This document shows, one piece after another, positions 10,610 through 22,268 of a DNA stretch of 64,000 nt. The notes below the pieces were generated by a model. The model saw only the letters and a list, made by a program, of their open reading frames with translations. It was not told where the DNA came from and made no database searches. Position numbers and translations under genes: made by a program. Source of the stretch: an uncultured Bacteroidota bacterium (GTDB lineage: Bacteria; Bacteroidota; Ignavibacteria; UBA10030; UBA6906); NCBI GenBank assembly GCA_963700635.1, contig CAVOYH010000002.1:174413-238412 (forward strand), written 5' to 3'. Positions within the stretch are counted from its first letter, which is position 1. Each line of letters begins with the position of its first letter.

Positions 10610-12279
10610 TGAGCCGCTGGTTGCTCCTGCTTCTCGGAGTCGCTGTGTGTACTGCCGCAGCGCAGCAGGTGGATCATGTACCCCTATCACATCCCGTACA
10701 TGATTTCCTGGATCGACTCGGTGTGCGTGGTGTGCTTTCGCTCTACAGCGGCAGCGTCCGGCCCCTGGAACGGGGCAAGGCCCTCCGCCTGCTGGACACT
10801 GCCCTTGTGCACGCCGACCGCCTCAGCGGGGTCGAACGAAGAAGTCTTGACAAATTTAGAGTAGAATTCTCCCGTGATCTCGGCTCACGGCCTGATCGTG
10901 AAACAATTCTGCTCGGTTCACACGAGTCGGTCGGGAGTCTGATCAAGGATATGGTCTCCGACAAAGAAAAGCACCTTTATGCGGTTGTTGATAGCAACAC
11001 CACATTGATTGTGGAACTGCTGGGTTCAACGGAATATCGCTCCCAGCATGGCGACTCGCGGGGGAACACTGATGTGACACTGCTCAGCATCGGTGGCCGT
11101 TTTCGCGGCACGATCGCCGGCAGACTCGGGTATATGCTCCAGGCGACAAACGGGGTCATGCGCGGAAACCGGGCGCTTGCCCTGACCGATCCGCGTCTGG
11201 CGGCGAATGTGAAATTTAATAACCTTGACAGTCCAAATTTCGATTTCACCGAGGCCTACCTCCGTCTTTCGTTTGACTGGGCTGGCCTCCAGTTCGGGAG
11301 AGAGTACACATCTGTGGGTGTGGGATACAATGACCGGCTGATTCTTTCGGAGAACGGGCCTCCACTGGATTTTTTCAGCATCAACGCAGAGTACAGATCA
11401 TTCCAGTTTTTCTTCCTGCACGGCGCCATTCTCGGTGCCGACAGGGGCTTCTCCGGACTTCTGGAGCAGGCCGCAGTTGGCTCGTCAAAGTACCTCGCAC
11501 TTCACCGGTTCCAGTTCTCCCTCTTTGACGCCATAACAATCGGCGCGAGCGAGATGGTCGTCTATCAACGCCTTACTCCGGAATATGCCTATCTTAATCC
11601 CATCAATTTTTTCAAGTCCTCCGAGCATCAGTTACGGGATCGGGACAATGCCCTGATGGTGCTGGATCTCGAGGTGTTTCCCTGCGACAACTGGAAGTTC
11701 TATGGCGCATGGCTTATTGATGACATTACGATATCACGGATCGGCACCGGATGGTGGGGCAATGAATTCGGCTGGCAGGCCGGGGCATATGTGAGCAATG
11801 TCCTGGGCATCCCCGACGTTGATGCCGTTCTTGAGTATGTCCGGTTGGAACCGTTTGTGTACAGCAACCGGGTCGCGGGAAATGACTACAGCCACAACAA
11901 CGTATCGCTGGGCCATCGCCTTCCGCCGAACGCGGACGAATTGACGGTTGAAAGCCGCTGGAGCGCGTCGCCATGGCTCCGGTTCCGGCTTCAGGCAGCA
12001 TACAGGCGCCATGGGAGGAACATCATGGCGGGAGACTCTCTGGTGCGAAATGTGGGAGGCTCCGTGGTGCAGGGGCATCGCGCGGTCGACCCGGAAAAAG
12101 CTTTGTTCCTTGACGGCAACAGGGAATCGACCACCCGCATGCAACTCCGGGTGGAGTACGAGCCCCTTCGGGAGATGTATATCACAGGAGTTGCTGATAT
12201 TGTCCGCAGACGTGACCACGCCGCCGGGACGAGCACCTCAGACCTGGGGCTGACCATCGGTGTGAGAATCGAATACTAA
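10606..12279 (+). CDS. Capsule assembly Wzi-like outer-membrane beta-barrel protein
   Basis: Signal peptide, amphipathic strands, HRFQF..IGASEMVVY..YLNPI motif, terminal aromatic residue; located in the glycan locus. Confidence 0.7.
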   Translation: MMSRWLLLLLGVAVCTAAAQQVDHVPLSHPVHDFLDRLGVRGVLSLYSGSVRPLERGKALRLLDTALVHADRLSGVERRSLDKFRVEFSRDLGSRPDRETILLGSHESVGSLIKDMVSDKEKHLYAVVDSNTTLIVELLGSTEYRSQHGDSRGNTDVTLLSIGGRFRGTIAGRLGYMLQATNGVMRGNRALALTDPRLAANVKFNNLDSPNFDFTEAYLRLSFDWAGLQFGREYTSVGVGYNDRLILSENGPPLDFFSINAEYRSFQFFFLHGAILGADRGFSGLLEQAAVGSSKYLALHRFQFSLFDAITIGASEMVVYQRLTPEYAYLNPINFFKSSEHQLRDRDNALMVLDLEVFPCDNWKFYGAWLIDDITISRIGTGWWGNEFGWQAGAYVSNVLGIPDVDAVLEYVRLEPFVYSNRVAGNDYSHNNVSLGHRLPPNADELTVESRWSASPWLRFRLQAAYRRHGRNIMAGDSLVRNVGGSVVQGHRAVDPEKALFLDGNRESTTRMQLRVEYEPLREMYITGVADIVRRRDHAAGTSTSDLGLTIGVRIEY

Positions 12280-12332
12280 AAAAGGCGCACGGCACAACAC
12301 CGAACGGGCGCATCATAGCACGGGAGCAGATC

Positions 12333-13439
12333 ATGAAGATGCACATGGTTGACGTTATTGGTCAGTATCAGAAAATCAAAACTGAGGTTGACGCCGCAAT
12401 ACACCGCGTGCTGGAGTCGGGACAGTTCATCATGGGGAAAGAAGTCGGGGAGCTTGAGACCCGCATTGCGTCATATCTCGGCGTCAAGCACGCGGTGGCG
12501 TGCGCATCGGGAACAGATGCTCTGCAGATCGCCATGATGGCAATGAACATCGGACCCGGAGACGAGGTCATCACAACGCCCTTCACGTTTGTCGCAACGG
12601 CGGAGACCATCGGACTCCTGGGAGCGACGCCGGTGTATGTCGATATCGATCCCCTCACATTCAATCTTGATCCGTCACACATCGAGAAGGTTATCACGTC
12701 CCGGACCAAAGCCATCATCCCTGTTCACCTGTATGGCCAGCCCGCCGAAATGGACCAGATCATAAAACTTGCCAGGGCGCACGGCCTTTCGGTAATCGAA
12801 GACAGTGCACAAGCACTCGGTGCATCATACCGGGGAACCAGAGTCTGTGCCATCGGCGATGTCGGCTGTATAAGTTTCTTCCCGAGTAAAAATCTCGGGG
12901 CCTTCGGTGATGGAGGGATGGTGGTTACGGACGATTCCGCACTGGCCGAACGAATGAGGATGGTGGCCGCGCATGGATCCAAAGTTCGTTATTATCATGA
13001 GATCCTCGGTATCAACAGCCGGTTGGACACCCTTCAGGCCGCAATCCTGCTGGTGAAGCTGCAGCATCTGGACGCATGGAATGCGGAGCGCAGCCGCGCC
13101 GCAGTGCGCTACACAACGTTGCTGGCAGGCACCCCGGTGACGCCACCCTTTGTCGGCCCCGACCGCGAGCACATTTTCCATCAATACACGCTGCGCGTCC
13201 CGCAGCGGGACGAACTGGCTGCGCGTCTGAAGGAACGTGGTATTCCGCACGCGATCTACTATCCGGTCCCCCTGCACCTGCAACAGGCATTTGCCATGGC
13301 GGGAAACGGCCCGGGTGATTTTCCGGAAACAGAGAAAGCAGCCGGAGATGTTCTCTCACTGCCGATGCATACTGAATTGACGCGGGAGCAACAACATTTC
13401 GTGTGTGATACAATCAAGGAATTTTATGCAGCACGCTGA
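12333..13439 (+). CDS. DegT/DnrJ/EryC1/StrS PLP-dependent sugar aminotransferase
   Basis: SGTDAL, EDSAQA, SFFPSKNLGAFGDGG, NSRLDTLQAA. Confidence 0.95.
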   Translation: MKMHMVDVIGQYQKIKTEVDAAIHRVLESGQFIMGKEVGELETRIASYLGVKHAVACASGTDALQIAMMAMNIGPGDEVITTPFTFVATAETIGLLGATPVYVDIDPLTFNLDPSHIEKVITSRTKAIIPVHLYGQPAEMDQIIKLARAHGLSVIEDSAQALGASYRGTRVCAIGDVGCISFFPSKNLGAFGDGGMVVTDDSALAERMRMVAAHGSKVRYYHEILGINSRLDTLQAAILLVKLQHLDAWNAERSRAAVRYTTLLAGTPVTPPFVGPDREHIFHQYTLRVPQRDELAARLKERGIPHAIYYPVPLHLQQAFAMAGNGPGDFPETEKAAGDVLSLPMHTELTREQQHFVCDTIKEFYAAR

Positions 13440-14163
13440 CGGAGGCGGTTCAAGGGCGCTCGTTGTGATTCCCACGTTTAACGAGGCCGACAACATTCCA
13501 CGCCTGTTGCCGGCTGTCCTTTCCCAGAAACCGGATATCGACATTCTCGTCGTGGATGACGGCTCACCCGATGGCACTGCCGATCTTGTCCGGCAATTCC
13601 AGACCGGTTCGGACCGTGTACATCTTATCGTCCGCCGCGGCAAAATGGGACTCGGGACAGCATATGTCGAAGGATTTCGGTTTGCAATACTCCACAAATA
13701 TCAGTTTGTGTTTGAGATGGATGCGGATTTCTCACACGATCCCGCCGAAATCCCTAACTTCCTGAAGGAGATTGAGCAGGCGGACCTGGTGATCGGCTCC
13801 AGATATACGAATGGAGTCCGGGTGCTCAATTGGCCCATCAAACGACTACTCCTCAGCTACTTTGCCAATGTGTATACAAGGTTTATGATCGGACTCCCGG
13901 TCCATGACGCCACAGGCGGATTTAAATGTTACCGGAGAAAGGTGCTGGAAGCCATCGCTCTTGATCGTATTCACTCAAACGGGTATGCGTTTCAGATCGA
14001 AATGAGCTACAAGGCCTGGAAGAAGGGATTCCGGCTTCGTGAGATACCGATCGTATTCCATGATCGCCGTTCAGGCCAATCAAAAATGTCGCGCTCCATT
14101 GTGTATGAAGCAATTTTTATGCTGTGGAAATTACGTTTCCAGAGTCTGACGAACCGGCTCTGA
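13426..14163 (+). CDS. Polyprenol monophosphomannose synthase (Dpm1-like GT2)
   Basis: IPTFNEADNI, VDDGSPDGT, GLGTAY, MDADFSHDP, DATGGFKCY, GYAFQIEM. Confidence 0.9.
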   Translation: MQHADGGGSRALVVIPTFNEADNIPRLLPAVLSQKPDIDILVVDDGSPDGTADLVRQFQTGSDRVHLIVRRGKMGLGTAYVEGFRFAILHKYQFVFEMDADFSHDPAEIPNFLKEIEQADLVIGSRYTNGVRVLNWPIKRLLLSYFANVYTRFMIGLPVHDATGGFKCYRRKVLEAIALDRIHSNGYAFQIEMSYKAWKKGFRLREIPIVFHDRRSGQSKMSRSIVYEAIFMLWKLRFQSLTNRL

Positions 14164-14170
14164 TACTGCC

Positions 14171-16225
14171 ATGGACCTTTCTGTCATCATCGTCAATTAT
14201 AATGTCCGCCAGTTCCTGGAGAATTCCCTTGCTTCGATTCAACGGGCGATGGAGGGGATCAAGGGGGAGATCTTTGTGGTGGACAATGCGTCTGATGATG
14301 GCAGTGTGGAGATGGTACGGTCCGTCTTTCCGAATGTGCGTCTGATCGCCAACACAAAGAACGTGGGATTCGCAGCCGCAAACAATATGGCCCTGCGGGA
14401 GGCCTCCGGGAGCGTATTCCTGCTGATCAACCCGGATACGATCGTCCAGGAAGATACGTTCAGGGTTATGCTCCGGTTTTTGCAGGATCACCCTGCGGTG
14501 GGCCTGGCGGGGTGCAAGATATTAAATCCGGACGGATCCTTTCAGCTTCCGTGCAGGCGAAGTTTTCCCACCCCGTGGGTAGCATTCACCAAGATCTTCG
14601 GGTTGAGCACTCTCTTTCCTAAGTCCAAGCTGTTCGGGAAGTACAACCTGACATATCTTGACCCTGATCAATCGTACGAAGTGGATGCGGTCAGCGGATC
14701 ATTCATGATGATGACCCGGACCGCGTACACACAGGTGGGGGGGCTGGATGAAGCCTTTTTCATGTATGGCGAAGATCTGGACTGGTGCTACCGGGTGCGT
14801 CAGGCCGGATTTAAGGTGTTCTACGTTCATGCGACCCAGATCATCCATTTTAAGGGAGAAAGCACACGACGGAGCAACATTGACGAGGTACGGGTGTTTT
14901 ACCGGGCCATGGAGCTCTTCGTGCAGAAACATTTCAGCCGTTCACGGCTGGGCGTCATGTTCCTGCGGCTGGGGATCTTCCTCAGGGGGGCAGCGGCCTG
15001 GTTGAGCCGGGGCCTACAGCCGCTCTCTTTCGTCCTTATTGACTTCTGCCTTGTCGCGGGTGCCATGATCCTCGCGGAATATCTGTACTTTGGCAAGGTC
15101 TTTAAGTATCAGGCATATGCGTACCCGTTCGTGTGGACGGTTCCGGGTGCACTTGTTGTTGCAGTGGGAATGTTTTCCCGGTTGTACTCCACACATCGGT
15201 TTGGGGTCGCGCGGGCAGGATTGACGGTGATCATAAGTTATCTTGTGATTTCCGCAATTGTATTTTTTGCCAAGACCTTCGCATTCAGCAGAGCCGTGGT
15301 TCTGATTTCCGGACTGCTCACATTCATTTGCGTGCCCGGCTGGCGCATGCTGGTCAGGGCCTGGGGACGCAGGGCAGGAAAATCCCTGCACCGGACATCC
15401 CTGTTCGGGAGCCGTACGCTCATCGTCGGGGCCGGCACCCCGGGGCAAGAGGTATTACGGAAACTTCGCGCCCGTGTTGACGGGGGATACGATATTGTCG
15501 GCTTCATCGACACGAGCAACGTCCGCATCGGGGAGACTGTGGCAGGCGTGGAAGTTGTAGGCAACATCGAAAATGTGGGCAAGATCATTGAGGAGCGGCG
15601 GATCACCGATGTCATTTTTTCTACAGACGAATTGCCATACACCACCATCCTCGCCGTTATCGCGAGGAGTAACCGGCGCACCGTAAACTTCCGCCTGGTT
15701 CCCACAAGTCTTGAAGCGATTATCGGAAAGACAAAGATCGATGATCTCGATCCGTTGCCTCTTGTGCACATTGAACACAATATCCATCGCCCGTTTAACC
15801 GCGTGGCAAAACGTATTTTTGATATCCTCTTTTCTGCCCTGTTCATGTTGACATTGTATCCAATCGTGCGAATATTGCGGGGTCTCCATCTGGTAGGGAG
15901 CTCAAGCCCCGGGCTGGAGTTCATCCGGCACTGTCCATCCGTTCTGGCGGGACGTATCAGTTTCGTCGGACTTCCCCTGCAGGCAGGGGATATGCGGAAT
16001 GGCCGCGTGGGTGAATCGGGGATCGCGACAGATGGAGCAAACCCGGAGGCAGAAGGCCCGTATCTCGGTCCCCGGGGGGTGACGGGTCTGGTTCAGGTGA
16101 ATCAAAGGACCGGACTTACCCGCGAAGAGCGGGAGAGGTACGAACTGTACTACGCAAAAAACCAGTCGCTGTTCCTGGATATCGAGATTCTTGTGAAGGC
16201 GGCAATGCAATTGGTCAGACGATAG
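14171..16225 (+). CDS. GT2 glycosyltransferase fused to TM, CoA-binding-like and degenerate sugar-transferase domains
   Basis: N-terminal [32 protein letters not shown]. The C-terminal half resembles the priming transferase ([27 protein letters not shown]). Confidence 0.85.
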   Translation: MDLSVIIVNYNVRQFLENSLASIQRAMEGIKGEIFVVDNASDDGSVEMVRSVFPNVRLIANTKNVGFAAANNMALREASGSVFLLINPDTIVQEDTFRVMLRFLQDHPAVGLAGCKILNPDGSFQLPCRRSFPTPWVAFTKIFGLSTLFPKSKLFGKYNLTYLDPDQSYEVDAVSGSFMMMTRTAYTQVGGLDEAFFMYGEDLDWCYRVRQAGFKVFYVHATQIIHFKGESTRRSNIDEVRVFYRAMELFVQKHFSRSRLGVMFLRLGIFLRGAAAWLSRGLQPLSFVLIDFCLVAGAMILAEYLYFGKVFKYQAYAYPFVWTVPGALVVAVGMFSRLYSTHRFGVARAGLTVIISYLVISAIVFFAKTFAFSRAVVLISGLLTFICVPGWRMLVRAWGRRAGKSLHRTSLFGSRTLIVGAGTPGQEVLRKLRARVDGGYDIVGFIDTSNVRIGETVAGVEVVGNIENVGKIIEERRITDVIFSTDELPYTTILAVIARSNRRTVNFRLVPTSLEAIIGKTKIDDLDPLPLVHIEHNIHRPFNRVAKRIFDILFSALFMLTLYPIVRILRGLHLVGSSSPGLEFIRHCPSVLAGRISFVGLPLQAGDMRNGRVGESGIATDGANPEAEGPYLGPRGVTGLVQVNQRTGLTREERERYELYYAKNQSLFLDIEILVKAAMQLVRR

Positions 16226-16235
16226 GAGAATTCTC

Positions 16236-17186
16236 ATGGCAAAAATGGTCCTGGATTTCGAGAAACCGATTCTCGAGCTGGAAAAGAAGGTTGAAGAAAT
16301 GCAGCGGTATGCAGACAACCCGGATATCGCACTGGAGATCAGCCGGATTGAAAAACGCGTCCGTCAGTTACAACAGAGTGTGTATGCCGGTCTGACCCGC
16401 TGGCAGAAAGTACAGCTTGCCCGTCATGCCGATCGTCCGTATACGCTCGACTATCTTCATCTTATGACGACCGATTTTATCGAATTACACGGCGACAGGG
16501 CGTTCGGAGATGACAGAGCGGTCGTGGGTGGATTTGCGAAACTCGGCGATATTTCCGTGATGGTCATCGGCCAGCAGAAGGGGCGGGATACAAAAGGTAA
16601 TTTGTTCCGGAATTTTGGAATGCCAAATCCGGAGGGATACCGAAAAGCTCTGCGCTTGATGAAACTCGCCGAGAAATTCCAGAGACCCGTGCTCACCCTT
16701 CTGGATACACCGGGCGCATTCCCGGGGATTGAAGCCGAAGAGCGGGGCCAGGCCGAGGCCATCGCGCGAAATCTCTTTGAAATGGCCAGACTGAAGGTTC
16801 CGATCATCGTCACCATCATAGGCGAGGGAGCCTCGGGCGGCGCGCTCGGACTCGGAGTGGGTGATCGTCTCCTGATGCTGGAATACGCATGGTACTCGGT
16901 CATTTCCCCTGAATCCTGCTCCAGCATCCTCTGGCGGAGTTGGAACTACAAGGAACAGGCGGCAGAGGCCCTGCAGCTTACCGCCCCGGATCTTAAGAAG
17001 CAGGGGATTGTCGATGTCATCGTTCCCGAACCACTGGGTGGTGCCCATCGTGACCACGAGCAGATGGCGACGATTCTGAGAGAGACATTGCTTCAGGAAC
17101 TCAAGCCGCTGATGAAAATGAAACCCGATAAACTGGTGGAACGACGCATCGAGAAATTCTCAAAAATGGGTGTTACCATCGGATAA
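16236..17186 (+). CDS. accA: Acetyl-CoA carboxylase carboxyltransferase alpha subunit
   Basis: [40 protein letters not shown]; GGAG SD upstream. Confidence 0.97.
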   Translation: MAKMVLDFEKPILELEKKVEEMQRYADNPDIALEISRIEKRVRQLQQSVYAGLTRWQKVQLARHADRPYTLDYLHLMTTDFIELHGDRAFGDDRAVVGGFAKLGDISVMVIGQQKGRDTKGNLFRNFGMPNPEGYRKALRLMKLAEKFQRPVLTLLDTPGAFPGIEAEERGQAEAIARNLFEMARLKVPIIVTIIGEGASGGALGLGVGDRLLMLEYAWYSVISPESCSSILWRSWNYKEQAAEALQLTAPDLKKQGIVDVIVPEPLGGAHRDHEQMATILRETLLQELKPLMKMKPDKLVERRIEKFSKMGVTIG

Positions 17187-17196
17187 AGGATTCCTA

Positions 17197-17625
17197 ATGC
17201 TCCGTCATGAAACCAGTCTGCGCGTCCGCTATGCCGATACGGATCAGATGCGGTATGCGTATTATGGTGTATACTTTGCATACTTCGAACAGGGCCGGTC
17301 CGATCTCCTCCGCAGCATCGGGATGCCGTATCGCGTTCTGGAAGAGATGGGGTTTATCCTGCCCGTCATCGAAGCGCATGCCGAATACAAACGCCCCGCG
17401 CACTACGATGATTTGTTGTACATCGTCACCGTGCTGAAAGACCGACCGATTGCACGCGTGCGGCTGGACTACGAAGTGTATAACGAAGACCGCAGTGAGC
17501 GCATTGCGGAAGGATACACAATTCATAGTTTTGTCCATGCGCAGACCGGCAAGCCAACCCGGGCGCCCATCGCATTCCTTGATACAATAGACACTGCGCT
17601 GTCCGGGCGGAACACGAAAGGATGA
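17197..17625 (+). CDS. Acyl-CoA thioesterase (YbgC/4HBT family)
   Basis: RVRYADTDQM..AYYG.Y..YFE.GR hotdog-fold motif; AAGGA SD before ATG 17197. Confidence 0.9.
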   Translation: MLRHETSLRVRYADTDQMRYAYYGVYFAYFEQGRSDLLRSIGMPYRVLEEMGFILPVIEAHAEYKRPAHYDDLLYIVTVLKDRPIARVRLDYEVYNEDRSERIAEGYTIHSFVHAQTGKPTRAPIAFLDTIDTALSGRNTKG

Positions 17626-17628
17626 TGT

Positions 17629-17796
17629 ATGCTGAAGAAGGAACTTCTGGACGTGCTCTGTTGCCCCAAGTGCAAGGCCACCCTGGACTACAATCCTGAT
17701 CAGCAGACGCTGCGGTGCACAACCTGTGGTACGCTCTATCCCGTGCGGAACAACATCCCGATCATGATTGTGGAGGACAACAAGGACCGTGTATGA
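17629..17796 (+). CDS. Trm112 family (YcaR-like) small zinc-ribbon protein, 55 aa, absent from the ORF track
   Basis: Translated by hand: MLKKELLDVLCCPKCKATLDYNPDQQTLRCTTCGTLYPVRNNIPIMIVEDNKDRV; AAGGA SD upstream. Confidence 0.88.
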   Translation: MLKKELLDVLCCPKCKATLDYNPDQQTLRCTTCGTLYPVRNNIPIMIVEDNKDRV

Positions 17797-18643
17797 TCAG
17801 GACCGCATCGGGCGTATCATCGAGGATGCCCTCCGGGAAGACGTGGGGCTGGGTGATATTACAAGTGAATCCATCTTCGATGAACGTGCACAGGGGGTGG
17901 CCGAGTTTACCTGTAAAGGAACCGGCGTCGTTGCGGGTCTGGACGTTGCGGAAATGGTGGTGCACGTATGCGATCCGCATGCTCTTCTGGGGCAGGTGAT
18001 TGAAGATGGGACTTCGGTGCGGCCCGGCGATGTACTCGCCGTTGTGCATGGCTCCATCAGGGGAATCCTGATGGCGGAACGAACCGCCCTGAACCTGCTG
18101 CAGAGGATGAGTGGCATCGCGACGGCCACACGGCGTTATGTGGACGTTGTCGCCGGAACCCGGGCCCGGATCACCGACACACGCAAGACTGTTCCCGGGT
18201 TGCGGCCCCTGGACAAGATGGCCGTCCGAACGGGGGGGGGTGTGAATCATCGGTTCGGGTTGGATGATATGGTGCTGATCAAAGACAACCATATCGCCGC
18301 CGCCGGGAGTATCACCGAAGCCGTCTCGCGGTGCCGGGCATATCTCGCTGCAAAACAGATTCAGCTGCCTATCGAGGTCGAAACCACCTCGCTGATACAG
18401 GTTCAGGAATCGCTCGGGGTCACCGGCATCAGCAGGATCATGCTGGACAATTTTCCGCTGCCTGTCATGCGTGAAGCGGTTCTGCTCATCGGCCATCGGG
18501 TCGAGGTTGAGGCCTCCGGAGGCATCACGCTGGAAACGGTGCGCGCTGTGGCAGAAACCGGAGTCGATCTGATCTCCGTCGGCGCCCTCACCCATTCCGT
18601 CCGCGCGTTAGATATTTCTCTCGAACTTACACCACATGCTTGA
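17789..18643 (+). CDS. nadC: Nicotinate-nucleotide pyrophosphorylase (carboxylating)
   Basis: ALREDVGLGDIT, ERTALNLLQRMSGIAT, DTRKT, LIKDNH, EASGGI; GTG start at 17789. Confidence 0.96.
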   Translation: MYDQDRIGRIIEDALREDVGLGDITSESIFDERAQGVAEFTCKGTGVVAGLDVAEMVVHVCDPHALLGQVIEDGTSVRPGDVLAVVHGSIRGILMAERTALNLLQRMSGIATATRRYVDVVAGTRARITDTRKTVPGLRPLDKMAVRTGGGVNHRFGLDDMVLIKDNHIAAAGSITEAVSRCRAYLAAKQIQLPIEVETTSLIQVQESLGVTGISRIMLDNFPLPVMREAVLLIGHRVEVEASGGITLETVRAVAETGVDLISVGALTHSVRALDISLELTPHA

Positions 18644-20114
18644 AAAGATCAGGCGCCTTGGTTCGGATACCGCCGTCTACGGGATCAGCACGATCCTGGG
18701 CCGTTTCCTGACCTTTCTGCTTACGCCTCTCTACACCCACATCCTCTCTGCTGAAAATCTTGGCGTCGTCGCAACGGCGTATGCCTACATAGCCTTTCTG
18801 AACGTACTCTATGGTTACGGCATGGAAGGCGCGTACATGCGGTATGTCTCCACGGTCGAACTTGGGAACCGTAAGCAGGTGTTTACGGTTCCCTTTGTTT
18901 CCATCGGACTGAGTTCACTCCTGTTTTCAGCGATTATCGCCATCTACAGCCATCCCGTTGCGCTGCTGTCGGGGATCCCGCCCGAAATGGAAAGTATTGT
19001 CCTGATGGGTGCGGGGATCCTGTTTCTGGACGCCCTGACCATCGTGCCGTTCGCATCGCTCCGGATGTCTTCGCAGGCGCGTGTGTTCGCCGCAGTGAAG
19101 ATTACGAGTATCACGGTCAATGTTGTCTGTAACGTTGTGTTCCTCTTCGGATACGGGATGGGTGTGCAGGGCATTTTCCTGAGCGGCCTGCTCTCCTCGG
19201 CGGTTTCGCTGATTCTGCTGGTGCCCGTACTGGCACGCACGCTCGTCATTTCATGGCCGGCCGGGATTCTCCCGGCGCTTCTGAAATTCGGACTTCCTTC
19301 CGTTCCCGCAGGTATCGCGGGCATGATGTTACAGGTTATCAACCGCCCGATTCTTGCCGCCCTCCAGGGTGATGCCGCTGTGGGTGTGTTTCAGGCGAAC
19401 TACCGGCTGGGCATCTTCATGATGTTACTTGTTTCGATGTTCGATTTTGCATGGCGGCCGTTCTTTCTGAACCATGCCCAGGACCCGGACGCCCGTCCGC
19501 TGTACGCACGGGTGATGACGTATTTTGTCCTGATCACAACATCTGTGTTTCTCCTGTTAAGTCTTTTCCTTTATGATCTGATCCGCTGGCCGGTTTTTGG
19601 AGGGCATTCTCTGATCGCACCCCGGTTCTGGGAGGGTTTCGAGATCGTCCCCGTCATCCTCCTGGCGTACATCTTCCTGGGCATCTACAACAATCTGATA
19701 GCCGGTATTTACATCGAAAAAAGGACGTCGCAGCTCCCGCTTGTTACGTTTACCGCTGCCGCGGTGCATGTTGCCGCCAACTTCCTCCTGATTCCTCCGC
19801 TCGGACTGATGGGTGCGGCGCTGGCCACACTGGTGAGTTATGTGGTGATGGCAGGTATGATGTACTTCATCGTTCAGCGTATCTATCCGATCACGTATGA
19901 ACTTCGCCGTCTGGCGAAAATTGCCGGCGCTGCGGCCGTCGTATCTGTGCTTGCCTTCTTTGTGGGCGGCGGCCTCGTCGGCCTTCTTGTAAAGGCGGCC
20001 TTGCTCCTGCTGTTTTTCGCTCTGCTCGCAGCAATGCGGTTTTTTGAGCCGGGTGAATGGGAAGCCGCGCGAGGGCTGATCCGCCGTGTGCGTCTCGCAC
20101 GTGGTTCGGGCTGA
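18636..20114 (+). CDS. Polysaccharide biosynthesis flippase (MOP family)
   Basis: Polytopic membrane protein; TAVYGIS.I..RFLTFLL.PLYT, AWRPFF, GAALAT. Confidence 0.85.
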   Translation: MLEKIRRLGSDTAVYGISTILGRFLTFLLTPLYTHILSAENLGVVATAYAYIAFLNVLYGYGMEGAYMRYVSTVELGNRKQVFTVPFVSIGLSSLLFSAIIAIYSHPVALLSGIPPEMESIVLMGAGILFLDALTIVPFASLRMSSQARVFAAVKITSITVNVVCNVVFLFGYGMGVQGIFLSGLLSSAVSLILLVPVLARTLVISWPAGILPALLKFGLPSVPAGIAGMMLQVINRPILAALQGDAAVGVFQANYRLGIFMMLLVSMFDFAWRPFFLNHAQDPDARPLYARVMTYFVLITTSVFLLLSLFLYDLIRWPVFGGHSLIAPRFWEGFEIVPVILLAYIFLGIYNNLIAGIYIEKRTSQLPLVTFTAAAVHVAANFLLIPPLGLMGAALATLVSYVVMAGMMYFIVQRIYPITYELRRLAKIAGAAAVVSVLAFFVGGGLVGLLVKAALLLLFFALLAAMRFFEPGEWEAARGLIRRVRLARGSG

Positions 20115-20192
20115 TATGCGCAGGCGTTTCCCGGTAACGGCTTCCGGCAAGCGCATAGGATTTCCGTCCTGATTTTCGTAACTTTATCGATT

Positions 20193-21194
20193 ATGAAAAA
20201 CGCAGACAATAAGAGTGAACCACTCGGCCCGATGACGGTTGGAGGGCAGGCAGTGATCGAAGGAGTGATGATGCGCGCGCCGGGGATGATTGCCACCGCC
20301 GTTCGCAGGGCTGACGGGTCAATTACCCTGCGCAAAGAACCGTTTGTGCCTGTCATCAAACGATTCCCATGGCTGGCAGTCCCGGTACTACGCGGTGCAG
20401 CGGGGATTGTGGAGATGCTGGTCATCGGAATCCGGACGCTCAATTTTTCCGCCGATCTTGCGATGGAGGATGCGCGTAAAGACGAACAGCCGGCAGCGCT
20501 CGAGGGAACCAGGGGCGAGCAATCAAACCTTGCGCTCGCCCTGACTGTAGCCGTCGCGTTCGCACTGGCAATTGGCCTCTTCTTCGTCGCTCCGCTTGTC
20601 CTGACTTCGTTCTTTTTTGATGTGGACCAGAACCCGGTCCTGTTTAATCTGCTGGCCGGAGGGGTACGGCTCACACTCTTCCTCCTCTATCTCCTTGCCA
20701 TTGCCCGTATTCCTGACGTTCAACGCTTGTTTGCTTACCATGGTGCCGAGCACAAGGCGGTGTTTACCTATGAAGGCGCAGCGGAGCTGACTGTTGCCGC
20801 AGCGCTGCCGCAGACACGATTTCATCCCCGGTGTGGGACGAGTTTCCTCCTCATTGTCATGGTTTCGGCGGTCCTCATCTTTGCCCTGCTCGATGGTTTG
20901 ATGATCTTCTGGTTGGGAGATCTGACACTTGGGATGCGTCTGCTCACGCATCTGCCGCTTATCCCTCTGGTCGGAGGACTCTCCTACGAACTGATTCGAT
21001 TCTCCTCACGCCATAGCGGTACATGGTGGGGCACACTGCTCATCGCACCCGGTCTCTGGCTGCAGTCAATCACGACACGTGAACCCGATGAGGCACAGCT
21101 GGAGGTTGCGCTTGTTGCCCTGAAGAGTGCGCTGGAGACTCCGGAGCATGCTGCCCAACCAGCCTACACATCCTCTCTCGCCGGGGCCGCTTAA
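20193..21194 (+). CDS. DUF1385 domain membrane protein
   Basis: [34 protein letters not shown]; usual neighbour of prfA. Confidence 0.92.
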   Translation: MKNADNKSEPLGPMTVGGQAVIEGVMMRAPGMIATAVRRADGSITLRKEPFVPVIKRFPWLAVPVLRGAAGIVEMLVIGIRTLNFSADLAMEDARKDEQPAALEGTRGEQSNLALALTVAVAFALAIGLFFVAPLVLTSFFFDVDQNPVLFNLLAGGVRLTLFLLYLLAIARIPDVQRLFAYHGAEHKAVFTYEGAAELTVAAALPQTRFHPRCGTSFLLIVMVSAVLIFALLDGLMIFWLGDLTLGMRLLTHLPLIPLVGGLSYELIRFSSRHSGTWWGTLLIAPGLWLQSITTREPDEAQLEVALVALKSALETPEHAAQPAYTSSLAGAA

Positions 21195-21195
21195 A

Positions 21196-22266
21196 ATGCG
21201 CGAACGCCTTGACCGGGTGCGAAACCGCTATGAGGAACTGACACGGTTGTTAAGCGATCCCGAGGTCGTCACGAACCAGGGCCGCCTGCGCGAGATCAGC
21301 AAGGAGCATAGCGATCTGACGCCTCTTATGAGAGCCTATGACCTGTATGTGAAGGCTCACAACGATCTCGCCGGACTCAAGGAGATCACGGAAACCTCGT
21401 CGGATCCCGAGATGAAGCAGCTGGCCTACGCCGAGCTCGACGAGGTCAAAGACCGCGTGTCCAACCTGGAAGAAGAACTCAAACTGCTGCTTGTGCCCCG
21501 TGATCCCGACGACACCAGAAATGTCATCGTTGAGATACGGGCGGGTACGGGCGGTGAAGAGGCCGCCCTGTTTGCGTCTGACCTTTTCCGGATGTACTCA
21601 CGGTTTGCAGAGAAAAGGGGATGGAAGCTCGAAGTCCTTGATGCCAGCGATACCGGGATGGGAGGGATCAAAGAGATTTCGTTCGGATTAAGCGGCACCG
21701 ATGTCTTTGCCTCGATGAAGTTCGAAAGTGGAGTGCACAGGGTGCAACGTGTGCCTGCAACGGAAGCACAGGGGCGGGTCCATACATCGGCTGCCACGGT
21801 TGCCATCCTTCCCGAAGTGGAACCCTTTGACGTGGACATAAATCCTGCAGATCTGGAAATGGACACGTTCCGGTCCGGCGGGAAAGGCGGACAAAACGTG
21901 AACAAGGTCGAAACCGCCGTACGGATCACGCACAAACCGTCCGGGATTATCGTGGCGTGCAGACAGGAACGCTCCCAGTTTCAAAACCGGGAACGCGCCA
22001 TGAAGATGCTCAGGGCAAAGCTCTATGAGTCCGCGCTGGCGGCGCAGGTGGGAGACGTTGCAGCCCAGCGAAAGTTGATGGTCAAGAGGGGAGACAGAAG
22101 TGAAAAGATCCGGACATACAACTTCCCCCAGAACAGGGTCACGGATCACCGCATCGGATTAACCCTCTACAACCTCTCGGAGGTCATTATGGGACGGCTG
22201 GACGAACTGGTCGAGCAGTTACAGGTGGCCGACCGGGCGGAGCGGCTGAGAGGATCGGAGCTCTGA
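21196..22266 (+). CDS. prfA: Peptide chain release factor 1
   Basis: GGQ motif, PAT specificity motif ([14 protein letters not shown]), [14 protein letters not shown]; ATG at 21196. Confidence 0.97.
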   Translation: MRERLDRVRNRYEELTRLLSDPEVVTNQGRLREISKEHSDLTPLMRAYDLYVKAHNDLAGLKEITETSSDPEMKQLAYAELDEVKDRVSNLEEELKLLLVPRDPDDTRNVIVEIRAGTGGEEAALFASDLFRMYSRFAEKRGWKLEVLDASDTGMGGIKEISFGLSGTDVFASMKFESGVHRVQRVPATEAQGRVHTSAATVAILPEVEPFDVDINPADLEMDTFRSGGKGGQNVNKVETAVRITHKPSGIIVACRQERSQFQNRERAMKMLRAKLYESALAAQVGDVAAQRKLMVKRGDRSEKIRTYNFPQNRVTDHRIGLTLYNLSEVIMGRLDELVEQLQVADRAERLRGSEL

Positions 22267-22268
22267 GA

